NCBI RefSeq assembly: GCF_003704095.1
Contig: NW_020845558.1
Location: 744,001-808,000, forward strand
Direction: 5' to 3'
DNA: 64,000 bases
Source: Pocillopora damicornis
Lineage: Eukaryota
Part shown: piece by piece, positions 1 to 12,962 of the stretch
Numbering within the stretch: the stretch's first letter is position 1
Layout of the letters: each line of letters opens with the position of its first letter
Program-made: the position numbers and the translations under genes
Notes under the pieces: generated by a model
Seen by the model: the letters and a program-made list of their open reading frames with translations, nothing else
Database searches by the model: none
What the model was told of the DNA's origin: nothing

Positions 1-2379
1 CAGCGATCTAGTTTCAATACCTCATTGTTATTGGAGCTCTAAAAGGGATGTCGACCGTTATGAAAGACTCCACGACAAAAGTTGCATTATTTAGCGACAA
101 GAAACCTGAACCAACAAGAGGTATCTCTTCAATTAACAGGTGGCAAGTTACACTAAGTTTTTCAACAATTACCCTCGCTATTTTCAGTTGGGTGTCCAGA
201 TTCTTTTGAAAGATAACCTGATCTTCGTACATCAGTGGTCGAGTTACTACAAGAGATGATCTCAGTATAAAAGCGGGCTTTCGTTCTACGAGCTTTATTC
301 TGCTGTTGATAATACAGTGCTGGTATCTGGATCAATAGTAGTGTTCGCAAGATACGTATAAACAATGCAAATTGAATCTTAAAGGCAAGAATAACTTGGT
401 GAGTAGGGACATCACTACACATCTTAATCTGGGATGGGGTATAAGTACGAAGTGTGATACAGATCGGTTAAATGTAAGGGTGCAGGACATACAAAGAAAC
501 ACCGTCAAGGTATTAAGAAACTCAGATTAAAATGGATGTTAGGGTTCAGTCGATGATTGTTAATAGAAAACAATGGTAACTGTATCTCTGAAGAACATGG
601 AGTTGGGACTGTGGGAATCGAGAGCCTGGAAGTCCTAGCCACCATCCAGATACATGTATGGACTCTAAGGGTCACAAACCTCCAGCGCCAGCCACACATT
701 CACAGACACCCAATCATAAAGAAGGCAACCTTACTTCCTTACTCCGCTGTGAGGTTGTGTTGTAGTGGTGTTGAAGTTTTTACCCTTCTTCTTGGCCAGA
801 TCAAGTGGAGGGATAGGTGCTGCTGAAAAAGGGAAAGGTGAGGACTCAAGGTCTTAGTGAAAGTCACTTCTTCTTCAGTAACAAGAGAGAGCAAACGATT
901 CTTACAAGTTGAACTTTCGTTGTACTCTAAACAAACTCTGGGATAATTTGTTTCCTTGGGTAAAATTTCCACACAGCACTATGCTATTGTAAAACAGATC
1001 TGCTTTCCCAATGGCACTGTATTGTTTTTGTCATTGTTTTCTCAATCCAAGAACTGAATGCAAAATGTAGTATGGGGCTGTGCATAAATTTTACTATTCC
1101 TTGTACTGTTTGGTTATGGCAGGTGTTTTTCTCTCCACTTGGAGCTCTTGGGGTCACATGCATGGAACACACATTGGCTCTTAGATTTGGGTTGTAGCTA
1201 CGGAAATGCTCACTGATAGTTTCTTCACATAATAATAAGAGGAATTTAATAAGAAGAAGCAGGCAGCTGTTTAGTCAATACATATCTTGACAAACACTAC
1301 ATGTGAGTACTATTTACAACCTTACATAATTTATTCTTCACCCTTCTACCAAGAGACATGAAAAGGACTTGGTGGAACCTTTAGCTGCCCAATTTCAATC
1401 TCTACATGTCTATAAGGTCACATAATTACATTTTGATTTTTCAAATCAATAGCTCTCATTAAGATCAAATTAGTGTAGCACTGAATGATAAAGCACACAT
1501 TAATAGTGTATATACATGTTTATGACCTGCATCTGAGTGTATAAAATGTGTCTCTGCATCATAACACAGACAAAACAATGACAAAGGGTCCTCTTAGCTC
1601 TGTAGTACCTTCCATTAGACACTGTCTACATGCAATATTTAGCAAACAAACCATTAAGTTACAATTTATACAATTCATACCCTAGAATACACTGAATCCT
1701 AGTTACTACCATGTAAAATTCAGGAGGATATTCAAATTTATGTATTTAATTATATATTCATAATAATATATTATGATGCCTAACAAAAGACATAGAAAGA
1801 GAGTAACAAAACATTCAGCTTACTAATTCAAGTCTCTGAGTGTCCTCATAGTCTTGGTCTCATTATTAAATTTTGAATTGACAACTCCACTGCTTCCTTT
1901 GACTTTATAATAGTGTAAACCAGCCAGTTGCTAGCAATACATGATGAACTAGACTTTGACTGGCCTACATGACACAGATATTGGCTCTATAAGTGGACAA
2001 TAGAGTTAAAATAAAATGTGGCATTTTGTCCTTAAAAGAACCTCCTTTAAATAATGATAACCAGAATTTTCTGGTGCCATGAAGGAGACTGAAACTCACA
2101 GCTAACTAGTCCAAACTGACTTGCAATGTATAATTGTATATGCTTCAACTACTTCCCTGGATTGTTAGTTCAAGCCTGTCTTGCTCTGTAATCCTTAAGG
2201 GAAGGATGATGTGACTTTGTTTTCCATTAAATGGTTCTACTGGAAAAGGAAAAATTTGCTGATACAATTAGAAAATAATCAGCTTCAGTGAATCTAAAGT
2301 CATATCACTGCACCTCAATACACAGCTTAATATGTTACAGTTGAGCAAAGATACATGTATTTCAAAATTCCTCAATTAA

Positions 2380-2580
2380 CCTTTTAACTCCCAGATCAAA
2401 TTTGTAATTCTTCTTAATGAAAACAATACAACACTTATGTTGGTGTAGAGAATTTATTATTGGATCAACTACTTATCCCCAAATTGATATTTTTCTTTAT
2501 TCTCATCACTTATCTGGTTGATATTGTACTGAAATTGTATCAGAGAAATTCTGTCTTAGTCACTCACGGGAGTTAAAGGG
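2380..2580. mobile_element. piggyBac-like MITE (TTAA target-site duplication)
   Basis: TTAA|CCTTTTAACTCCC ... GGGAGTTAAAGGG|TTAA; a related copy in opposite orientation lies at 42940-43142. Confidence 0.8.
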
Positions 2581-2602
2581 TTAAATCAAATAACCAACCT
2601 GT

Positions 2603-5470
2603 CTACTCAACAGTGTTCGATAGTTCTTGATTTGTACAAGCATTAACTGACAAATGTTCATGATTCATGTTTGAAGGATCTGAATCCTGTGGTTTAGACT
2701 GATGCTGCTTCTGTCTTGACTCATCCTTGGGATTCTGCCCACCAGTCATGCCTGTGAGGCTGCCACAGAGTTGTGGTGAAAAGGGAAAACCAGGGAAATA
2801 AGGGAAATGAGGATACCCCATTCTCATTTGGTTGAATGCACCAAGATATCCATTTGGTACTGGGTTCAAACGTCCATTTGTATCAGGAAATGGAGGCAAA
2901 GGAATGCTCACATGAAGAACTACAGGGATGAAGTGGGTGCCAGATGGATGTAGAGCATAGGTAGGTAGAGTGTAGGGGTTAGGTATGTAAGGGGTCCTAG
3001 GTGAAATGGGAGTGGCTTGAATCAGGCCATCAAGACCATGACTTGGCCATTTCCAGTTCAAACCTACACCACAAGGTACATAACCACCAGCATCACAGTT
3101 TGCCTTGTCATAATTGTTCCCACTTTCACTTTTGAAATTGTTTGGGATTGATTCTTTTTCTTTTGATGAAACACTGCTGTTGCCTCTGTAGTTAGCTGAA
3201 TTGCTTCCATTTTCATCCCAAGTACAGTTTGCATCCATGGTAACTTTCCTTTTCTCTTTGTTTGAGCTGCTACTCACTGTGCCTAATGAAAATCTGCTTC
3301 CACGACCATCACTACATGAATTCTTATCGGAATCTCGATGTGTCCGTTTAGAAGCAGGCTCTCCACTGGAGGATTTGTCTTGGCTGCTAGGATTTTCACT
3401 GTTCTCATGGGTTCTTTTGCACTGCCACAAATCAAGAACTGCCTTTGAATACTTGTCTTTATGGTTATCATCAGAGCCAACCAAGTCTACTTGCTTACAC
3501 AAAACCTGCAGTTCAATCTGCAAGTGGCGCATAAGTCTTTGAAAACAAGGCTGCTCAATGTCCATAGCTTCCACATTGGTAAGACAATGAAACACCTCCT
3601 TGACACAATCGCTGAAACCATTGAAGTACTTGGAATTTATGTCTACCTGTGCGGTAGATTGTTGGCTCTCTTGTGGTTCAGTGGCATTTTGGTTTTCTAA
3701 AAGAAATATTTATATACCAATTGATAGGTTTAGAGCTGTTAATATCATTGGTATAATACTTGAACAAAGTTGACAAGTATTTCTTTTCATCAAAAAAAAC
3801 AAATATAATGCTATATTTAGAGAAAAACCATTTACATTTGCCATTATTTCTCCTATCCAACAAGATATCATTTATATAAAAAACATTTAGATGGACCCAA
3901 GAGTGTCTAAGTATAAATGCATCATGGAGCTAATCAGGAGAATCATCGTCAGAATTCAAAGTTTTTGTCTTGTACTGACCATTTATGGCTGCAAAAGTTA
4001 ACAGACTCACCTTTTGCCTCTAAACTCTCAGTCTCACAGTCTGCCTTTACATCTTCAGTAAGGCCTTGAAGTGTTTTTATGTAACTTATGGTCTTTTCCA
4101 GAATTTCAGCTTTCTCCAGCTTGAAAGTAATGTGCATAAGGAATAAAAATCACACAAGAATCAAAGCTGTGTGTTGTTTACACATCATCTGATCGATGTA
4201 TTTCAATAACTTTAAAATGCATTCATGAAAAATTACTTTGGCATGGCCTTTATGATGGTGCTAGTGTCATACTTTACTGGTATCATGCTTAAAAATCAAC
4301 AGAATGGCCTGACCATCTAATATTGGAGTATTGAAAGACCATAGTCCAATGTAGTTCCAACCCTATTACAGGGTTAAAAATTTCGGACTAAATCCACTTA
4401 GGAAATGTACAATATCAAAATGGTGATTAAAGCGCAGCAGTGACTGTCCTGATGTATCAATTTGAGTGTAACCCGTTGACCTGTCCCTTAGGATCAGCAC
4501 CAGAGTGCGATAAACAGCTTACTGTAGTAGTATGATCAGAAGTCGTTCGCAAGGTACCTGGTACACAGATCGCCACTGATGGCTACTTCACAAATAGTGA
4601 TATTTAAAACTAAAGCTAAGACGACTGAATTAAAAATATTTTGATACATGGATAGCTGATTAGCACCATAAACTTAGCGGTACATGCATATTAGTATAAA
4701 TAAACAAGAATGAATAAATTCAGTTTAAAATGGCAACTAAAAAAGTTAAAATACCTGTTTTGAGACGGACGAGGATGGCAACAACTGCGCAATTTCTGAA
4801 ATACTGATATTCATTCGGTCCCTTCGTCTTTTTTCAGCAAGTCTATGAGAATATTCCATCTGAGGGACAACAAAAACAGAACATTTTGCTCTCAATTTTC
4901 TTTTTCAATGGGGAATGTTTTAATTCGAAAGTACGAATTGTTTCAAAGGATAGAAGGACTAGTTCCAGAAGGATCACCAACATTTAAATAAAATAAATCA
5001 TAAGCTCAGTATCCGAGGATATTACATTGAACATGTTTTGACAAGATGTTGATGATGAAATATTTCGATACGTCTACAAAAATAACACAACCGTTATATT
5101 AAAGAAAAAATTTACCTGTCTTATGTAGAACACACAAAAGCTTCATTCAGTTTGGTGCCAATAATTTAATGAAGTGTCCACCGTTTGCGGTACATGTATA
5201 GGAAACTACTCTAGCGCCGTGGTTACGCGTAAAGTGTGCGACAAACCGAACATGTAGTGGGTCGTAAGCACAATATAAAGGCATAATTCTGATACAATCT
5301 CGAGAATTTGACACAAACACCTTTACTAATTCTTATAATATAGAAAATCCACTCGAAAGAAAAAAATAAATACCTACTTTTTGTCCCTTTAATTTGGTTG
5401 TGCATGGAGACACGGATGAAGTTCGACATATTCTTTCGCCCTCGATCTCTGTAGTCGTTGATTCCGCCAT
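2603..5470 (-). CDS. cwo: bHLH-Orange transcriptional repressor, clockwork orange/DEC-like, 466 aa, 4 exons
   Basis: Exons 5470-5378, 4859-4755, 4119-4011, 3696-2603, all GT-AG and phase-compatible. bHLH: SHRLAEKRRRDRMNISISEIAQLLP...LEKAEILEKTISYIKTLQ. Orange domain: YFNGFSDCVKEVFHCLTNVE...RLMRHL. No C-terminal WRPW/YRPW. The motif YALHPSGTHFIPV resembles the conserved C-terminal FALH...YIP motif I recall from Cwo proteins. Confidence 0.85.
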
Positions 5471-5623
5471 AATGTTCACATGCCGCTCACAATAAAAGTG
5501 TTCTATCAGGAACTCTTACCGTTAAATTCTTTTAGCTACCTATTGCAAGATGGAAAAATTACCAGAGAGAACACAAGGCAAAGGCGCCTACCTCCAACTA
5601 TGGATTTCACTGACGAATATTTC

Positions 5624-5687
5624 CGCGTGAAGAAGTTTGAGAGCGGCACGTGCCAACCAGTATTATATAACACAAAGCATGCACGTG
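5624..5687 (-). promoter_or_regulatory. E-box cluster and TATA-like element upstream of the cwo-like gene
   Basis: GGCACGTGCC at 5645-5654, CACGTG at 5682-5687, CACGCG (minus strand) at 5624-5629 and a TATATAA-like element at 5661-5670, all 150-220 bp upstream of the ATG. Confidence 0.6.
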
Positions 5688-6155
5688 CAGGTGTGACATA
5701 ACCGAAAAAATTTCTCTGAGAGCCTAGTTCCAAACATTTACACAAAAATAGCTCGCTTGCAGTTCCACGACATGTCTTAGGCATCTTAAAACTTTACTAG
5801 TAGAAAAATAATACTTGCTCTGATGTAAAGTGAAAATTTGGAGGGCGATAGTCAACATCCGTTTCCGGTTAGCGTGACTGAGGAGGGTGACTGAGAACGC
5901 TCCGTTGCATAACGACCAGAATAATACTAAGCTTTACCGCTGTCTTTTCTACGGCTTGTTCTCTCTGAAGGACGAACATCTTCAAGAGTTAAGACACTGA
6001 AAAAATCTCCAATAGAGAAAGAAAGAAGAGCAGCCACTATTTCATTTATATTTGGAAGATTTTCTTGCATATTTCTCTTTTTCCGAAGCACGCTCCGAAT
6101 GCGACCTTTGATGGTTGACCCGATTTATTTTATCCCGTTGCATCACAAGCAGCCC

Positions 6156-6476
6156 AAGTTCACGTCTCGAGAAAAAGCAAATGATTAATTCATGAAAGCG
6201 TCACGCGTTGTGTGACTCGGTATTCTGCCGTGTTAAGCTTGTTTTATCATCGCCGTTATTCCTTCGTCCTATGACAGGAATAACAGTGTGCGTAAGTTCT
6301 ATTGATTTTACGTGTATAATGTTCATATTTCGAAATATTTATCGTTGTAAAGCGACCATATTTCGTTCCCCATACTATTCCTTACAGCGTGTTTGATTTT
6401 GTAACTTTACAAAGAGTCACACAACGCGTGACGCTTTCATGAATTAATCGTTTGCTATTTCTCGAGAAGTGAGCTT
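6156..6476. mobile_element. foldback/MITE-like element with 63-bp terminal inverted repeats
   Basis: 6156-6218 is the reverse complement of 6414-6476 with 4 mismatches. Confidence 0.75.
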
Positions 6477-6627
6477 ATGTCGCTGGGGAAGACGGACGTG
6501 ATACTACTTGTCATGGTCTTCTACAGGAATGTGCCGTCCGACTGGGGATACTTTTTTTCTGGATTTGACTCTAGACTAGTATATGAAAGGGAAAAGGTTA
6601 GGGATCATGTTTACTTTAGGTAATCGC

Positions 6628-6703
6628 GACCGATATAGCGGTCGATATATCGGTCGAGGGTCAGTCGATACTCGACCGATATATCGGTCGACAGTCGGTT
6701 GAC
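6628..6703. repeat. short palindromic (CGACCGATATATCGGTCGA)-type repeat cluster
   Basis: Tandem degenerate copies of a self-complementary GACCGATATATCGGTC motif. Confidence 0.55.
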
Positions 6704-8263
6704 AGATTAGCTTAATTAAAAGAGTTGAGTTGTTTTAAAAGAGCAGAACAACCGGATTATGACTTTCATTCAGAACTGCAAGCAGAACATCCCTGTGTAC
6801 CGTGAATTTTGCCGAGTATCCACCGACCACAGCGGTTTTTAATCGCAGACATTTTCCACAAATCGAAGCAGCTACTGGTTGAGCTCCATAAAAGATAAAT
6901 GGGGACGTCATTTCAGACGAAAAGGGGGGGGGGTTAACAATGGCGGTTCCAGACCTTGAGCTGAATAGGGAGGGGCGGGTCCGGTTTTTTGTCACTTGCC
7001 CTGCCGGCTTTTCTTCCTTCTGCGACTCTATTGCCAAAAGGTCTGGATAGAAGCAGATGTGGAACGAATTAATAAAATGAACGATGCTTTTTAAAAACAT
7101 GTTTCGACAGTTCTTCTGTCATCTTCAGTTCTGAATAATACAAAGTACAAAGTTGTATTTTAAGTGTGTAACAAAATACTGATTGGGCAAAACAAACAAT
7201 CGCAACAGAACAATGCATGCATTTACAAGGAAAGTTTTGAATTAATATAATAAAGTTGATGATTAAGTGTAGGTTACTCCCACTGAATGTGATTTCAAGT
7301 TGAAAAGTTGTGGAAGCTTGATCTAAGATGTTAAAACACTCGTCAGAACAAAGAGTGCGACATTGTGGAGAATTATCTAGATGTCTGAAAATGTGAGAGG
7401 TCCTATCACTGACCAAGTGCGTACATGAGCACCTGAGTTAACGCACTGACTTCTTACAATTTGACATTTATGGGTGCATAACGTTCAGAGCACGTGGCAG
7501 ATAAAGTTCAAGGTGCTTTTTGGCACGCATTGTTTATGTTGCGGAATGTCGGACCATTCGTGCTCCGATCGTTTCCTGATGGTGTCAATAAATTTCAAGG
7601 CTTTTTAAAGATAAAAATCTCGAAGAAAACACCAAATACAGTCTAAAGCAAGAAAAAAATCAAATCAAATCAAATCAAAGCTAACTCTCAGCCGCGTCAA
7701 AGCAAAAAAAACATAACAGCTCCCAAGGGAGGATAACTTCATTCTTGATGATCCTAACGGAACTGTGCCTAAGATGGATCAATATTAGTTGCCTTTAAAA
7801 TAACTACAGAAACGGAAAAGGAAAAAAAAAACGGTCTGGACCAAAAGTCCTGTTGACCACTAGCCATTTTTTGACTAATCTTTTGGACCCTTTTTCAGAC
7901 CATTCTCTAAATCTAATTTTATCGATTATAAGTGCTTGGAAGGGGTGGTTAAGAACATTTTTCAAATAAAGTTGGAGTAGGTGGAAACGAATACTTTTGT
8001 ATCAGTGCAATAAATGCTCCTGTTTGATGGAAATTGTACTGGTGCCTACACAATCTTAAGAGCTTTTTTTTTTCGACCCTTTTTTGTTTTGAAAGGACGT
8101 TTGCATCTATATTTAGCATGCAAATTGCAAAACAGGCCTCGTAACGTTGATAAGATTGCTAGTGGAAGATATCGAACATTATCAGATAAGATAAGACTCT
8201 TTTAATAGCGGTTTTCTTTTTTAATTCATTGAATAATCACTTAATGTCTCGGGCATTGCATTT

Positions 8264-11200
8264 TTAACATTTTTCTTGTGGATGATCTTTGTAAGCATCA
8301 TTGAACGTAGCACTCTTGAAACACTGGACAGCCTCACTGTCACACTCGCACAAAGCGTTCCGACACTTGCCGTAAAACCAGTAGTAACTAGCAGGCTCTG
8401 ATGAGAGAGAGCAGCATAGTTCAACGATCAGTAATGTCTTATCCCTTCACCTCGACAACCAAATTTTCGCATCAAACCACGAGTCGTGTACGAGTAAATC
8501 TGATTTATGTTGTTATTACACAACAATATGAACAAATAATGATTTTCAAGGGGGCAGTGACGGTGTCCGTAATATTTCTGTGAACTGGTGATTCGCCACT
8601 TACAGTTCAAGTTTTGAATTATCTTCGCTTGTTTTTCCCAAAAATAGTGACGTTAGCATGACGCGAAACCAATTTGATTGATTAGGTTTTGTACATCTAG
8701 CTGTGAATCTATCAATTACAACCCATTTATTTTGCTTTACTAGTTTTGCTAAGCACAGGTTGCTAAAGAAAAATCTTAGCAAACCGTGCTTTCGAGAGAC
8801 CGGTTTTGAGCTGCAGTAAGGTAATAACTAAGTTGACGCAGAATGAAGACGATTCATTACCAGTCATTGATGAAAGGAGTTTGTTCCCTTTTCGTGTTCT
8901 TAGCCTAGTCGGTTCTTCGAGGTACGACCGGGGCTAAAACCCTAGCCCAGCCTATCAGCTGCGTTTAAGGTAATAGGAACTGAAGTGTTTCGTAGGGTTA
9001 AATGTCCTAATAGTCCAGCAACACGTTATCTTCTGTCCAGGTACACCCCTGAACTGGACAAACTAATCTTGAGGCTTCCCTCTGTTTGGTTTAAAGAGGA
9101 AGTCGTCTTAAAATCTAAATTACTTCTGCACATGGTGCTATCTTCAACCATACCAACTTGTATTGAACTTTTTGCTGTACAGTTAAAAACGTAACATCTT
9201 ACCGCATCCAAGACAACCTCTCCTACTGTAGGGCATGACATAAATTGCCACATCGAACGGGCAACTGCCCGAGTTCTGCACTGCATTGTAGCAGGCATCG
9301 TGTATTTGGCAACACCTGGCGACAAAGCAAGACTGTTAACCATAGGATATTAGGAACCGAATATTCAAAGCAAGGACAAGCTGTCCCATTTCATAGGCAA
9401 ACGTCAGCCATGTAGCCGAGATATAGAATTATTCAAGAAATATGGCAAGTTTTACTTCAGTTACTGAGTTAAGCGTACATCTTGGAAAATTTCTTGCCTG
9501 TTTAACGGAGTTCACGGTCGCAAACCTGGTGCAGGCTGCCTTCTCATTAAACAGAATCGGAAATAATACTTACAAAGGAAAGTTTGCTTCCCTGGTGTTA
9601 TCAAAGCTTCAAACATTTGCCAAAATAGTTTTTGATACCCAGGCCCGCTTTGAAATAATTTGATTACTTTGACTTTGTCTTTAGTTTGATCATGATGGTC
9701 TCTTCTTTCTGATCCTGTCTTAGAGTTTTAGCCCGCAAATGCAGCATCGTATGATCGACCAGGCAGCGACAAGAGGCATAATTTGCAAATTACGTTGTGT
9801 GTTAAGGCAATCGATTTTTTCATTTTACCACTTACCTGTCTACATCATCAACTGGTGTTCCCTCTCCGCCGAGTCCGCAGTAGCATCCGTAACCATTGTA
9901 GTCGAGGGGGTTTCTATTGACTCCGCACAATATCATCAGACCGAATCCCAAAATACTTCTAGAGTTGGGGGATGTTATGGGGGAATCAGCACTTTCTACT
10001 CAAAAAAGAAAGAGATTGCCCTTTAACAAGTAATCATGATCTAGCAGGAAATAGAGAAAGACCTTACCTTCTCGGGTCGGAAATCGAAGCTACCATTTCT
10101 TTTAAGTACTGTCTACATAAATCTTGCTACATGAAATCAAGGCATATCTTTCCTCATCCTCTGCTGTCGTTAAAACGAGAAGTTGAACCTTACTAAGGAC
10201 GCATTTAAGATTTGTGGAAAGCCATGTGATTCAAAGGTTTAGTGCAATTGCTCATCTAAATGCTTTTAGCTGATGGCACAGTTAGTGACTAGGACATATT
10301 TTATTGCTCTAGATTTAACAGGGGGAAGAAAGAAGAAATATGTTGTTGCGACTGTATCTTGGAAAAGTTGGTCGGCAATGTCTACACATGACAAATTACA
10401 ACGATATTATATTTATGATAGGTATAAAACCTTTAAGTGCCAAGATCTCTTCTTTGTCCTGTTGAAAATAAAGAAGTCAGTACATCAGTAGGGGAATAAT
10501 TACCGTTAGTTACTCTTCAAGCTCAGTGAAATGCTGTTTAAATGGTTATCTTACCCTTTACTCCGTCTAAAGCAGGAGAGTCTTTTCACTCTCATGTGCA
10601 AATAGTGTTGGGGTAGGAGCCGAAGTAGTTTCATTCTGAATAACAGCTCCATTAGTAAAGCCGGAGACACGAACTCTGGCTGATTACGCACCCATCTAGT
10701 CTTGAAATACACGTTACAAACCGTGCACAAGGACCGTTTGATACAGCTTCAAATTACAAATACTATTGAACTAGTCTCAAGACCCTGATTAAAAAACAAA
10801 CGTAGCTTTTTGATAGGCATTGCTCCTAACACCATTTAGTTTTCCAGTCTCAGTTTCTTAGCGCTCAGTGTTCAGTTTCACCTAAACGCCTCTTATTCCT
10901 TGAGGAATCAAATATCGATATCGATGTAGGAAGAATACTAATCAAAACCTTTCACTTCCTATAGTAAGTAAGTAAGTAAAGACTTTATTTTATGAGGGTT
11001 AGCACGAAATAACCGGAGCTAATAAACGTGTGGCCCTCCTATAATTATGGTGCTTTAATACTTATGTAAAGGTTCCCTACGAAGTAAGAACGCTTTTTCA
11101 AGAAAATACTTCATTCAATGTTTTTTTTCATACTTAGACATAAGTTCTTTGACTTGCAAAAAATCTTTTTTTACCATTAAAGTGTGTCGTACCTGAACGA

Positions 11201-11267
11201 GAGGACTTGCAGCCATTGTCATTTGAAAAATGGCGAAACAGTGAAGAAAGGAAACTAATCGCTTCAT
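8264..11267 (-). CDS. secreted phospholipase A2 (group I/II-like fold), gene A, 169 aa, 5 exons
   Basis: Exons 11267-11193 (signal [20 protein letters not shown]), 10458-10431, 9995-9836 (Ca loop [11 protein letters not shown]), 9315-9203 (CCQIHDACY catalytic His-Asp), 8397-8264 ([12 protein letters not shown]...QEKC*). 14 Cys in the mature part. Not represented in the ORF track. Confidence 0.9.
10961..11040 (-). mobile_element. 3' tail fragment of a non-LTR retroelement
   Basis: The minus strand ends in AATAAA followed by a (TTAC)n tail, inside intron 1 of PLA2 gene A. Confidence 0.35.
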
Positions 11268-12962
11268 TTTCTAACTCTTTTTCTGTGGAATCGCGAGAAC
11301 GCTTGTTTGATTTTTAAAAATCTAGGACACTTTTTTCACTAAATTCGCGTTACTTTTATATGTTATTCTTTTTACGAATGCGTGATCTGGGATGGAAATT
11401 CAAATTTTCAGGTGGTTGATTTCTATGGAAAAACAAATAAGAAACACCGCGCCTTTACTTGAGGAGGCCGTATTTTAGAGGGGACTTTCCACCAAAATTA
11501 AATACTTTAGAAGTTTAAGTGGCCTGAAAATTGTTTGCTACCTTTTAGATTAAATTTTTCGTCTTCTCAACGAGAACGCGCACACAGCTCTCTTCGTTTC
11601 CTCACATAGTCCCATATGAAAACAACATAAAGTTCCTTCTTAACCTTACTACAAAAGTGAATCAAACATCTTAACGTGGTAATAACAGTTTCAAACCCAT
11701 AACACATTTTTTAAATGAAATTACGAAGCAGATTAAAGATGTTTTAGCGTAAGACACATAAAAGAAAGCACAGAGGGTGAAAAACAGTAGATTTGGTTCA
11801 GTTAACTTTGAAAAACGTTACATGTTCTGTTTGTAATGTTATGATTTATTCACTTTTTTAATGGCAATAATAATGGTGCTCTTTTACAGCAAACATAATC
11901 ATATTTTTGTTGATAAGGAACTCAAGTGTCTTTTACTTTCAGCCACGTATTTCCACTGATGACTTCTCATTGGCACTTTGTAATGAGTATTTGATGAGTA
12001 AAATATACTGAAACACAAATGTTTCCTTTAAGTTCTTACAATTTTGCCATCCATTATTTGGGACCCTCGAGGTGTTCGCACGGAATTATCACGAATATTC
12101 ATGACTGCTAGTCGTATACTTAAATGAAATCTACTTCTCGTTGGTGGTTCACATTATTCAGATCCTTATTGATTAAAGGCTGGCCGGTCAGCTACGATTT
12201 TCAACTGTTTCTTCTATCAAGCTACTGAATATAACCCTCTCAATAAAATTTTCCAATCCTATCAGTTGAAAATGCGCCCTTTGGGGTAAAGAGACCGGTC
12301 CTAGCCTCGCCACAAATGAAGCCGAAGCATCATTTTTAAAAATTTGTTTTTTTATCATTACAAATATCTCTATTGAGATTTGCTTCATGGTTTACCGCTT
12401 CATTAAGGTAAAGCAGATCGATAAACTTTCCTTGAAACATTTCAAGGCTATTTTCGATGGAAAAAGAGGCTGAAAGAGTGAGTCCTCACCTTTTTTCTCC
12501 TTATAATACTATACTAGAGTTATGCAAACGACAAGAAATCCGATTATCACGAACGTCACGGGTTATCGACAATTTTTGCACGAAATTTGAATTCTCCAGC
12601 TGTCATTTCGCTCGCGTTATGGACGATGAAGGGTATAAGTTATCTGCTCTCTTAAGGTCACTTAGATTTGTACTCTTCAAACTCTTGTAGAGTTTATCAA
12701 TCTACGCAGTGATAGTTTCATTATTTGTTATTTCAATATCACGTCAATGAATCAGCTGGAGCAGATGATCGTTTCACACCCCAGATATTTTGCTAACCCT
12801 TAAGGCTGTGACAGTGTTAGGTGATTAAAACACGCAATACACATTACTAAATCAAATAAGATATTGTAGAGATAAACAGAGATGCTCAACTCAGCCATAT
12901 TTTACTAAAAGAAACTCTGGTTCAAAAATATCAAAAAGGAGAAGGTGGGAACAGCCAACACA

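Noticed and set aside
1-1200. Coding-like composition with several short ORFs; a possible decayed retroelement or viral relic (e.g. DFQALD resembling a polymerase motif A)
   Set aside because: Every frame I translated has multiple stops and I could not recognise a consistent set of motifs; a tBLASTx search would be needed.
5223-5232. TTACGCGTAA palindrome in cwo intron 1 as a PAR-bZIP D-box
   Set aside because: Spacing differs from TTAYGTAA, and it is a single short occurrence.
9026-9343. 105-aa minus-strand ORF in the ORF track
   Set aside because: It is an off-frame reading across exon 4 of PLA2 gene A.
10068-10112. Possible extra exon of PLA2 gene A (strong GTAAGG donor)
   Set aside because: Not needed: exon 10458-10431 joins in phase and matches the paralogues' structure.
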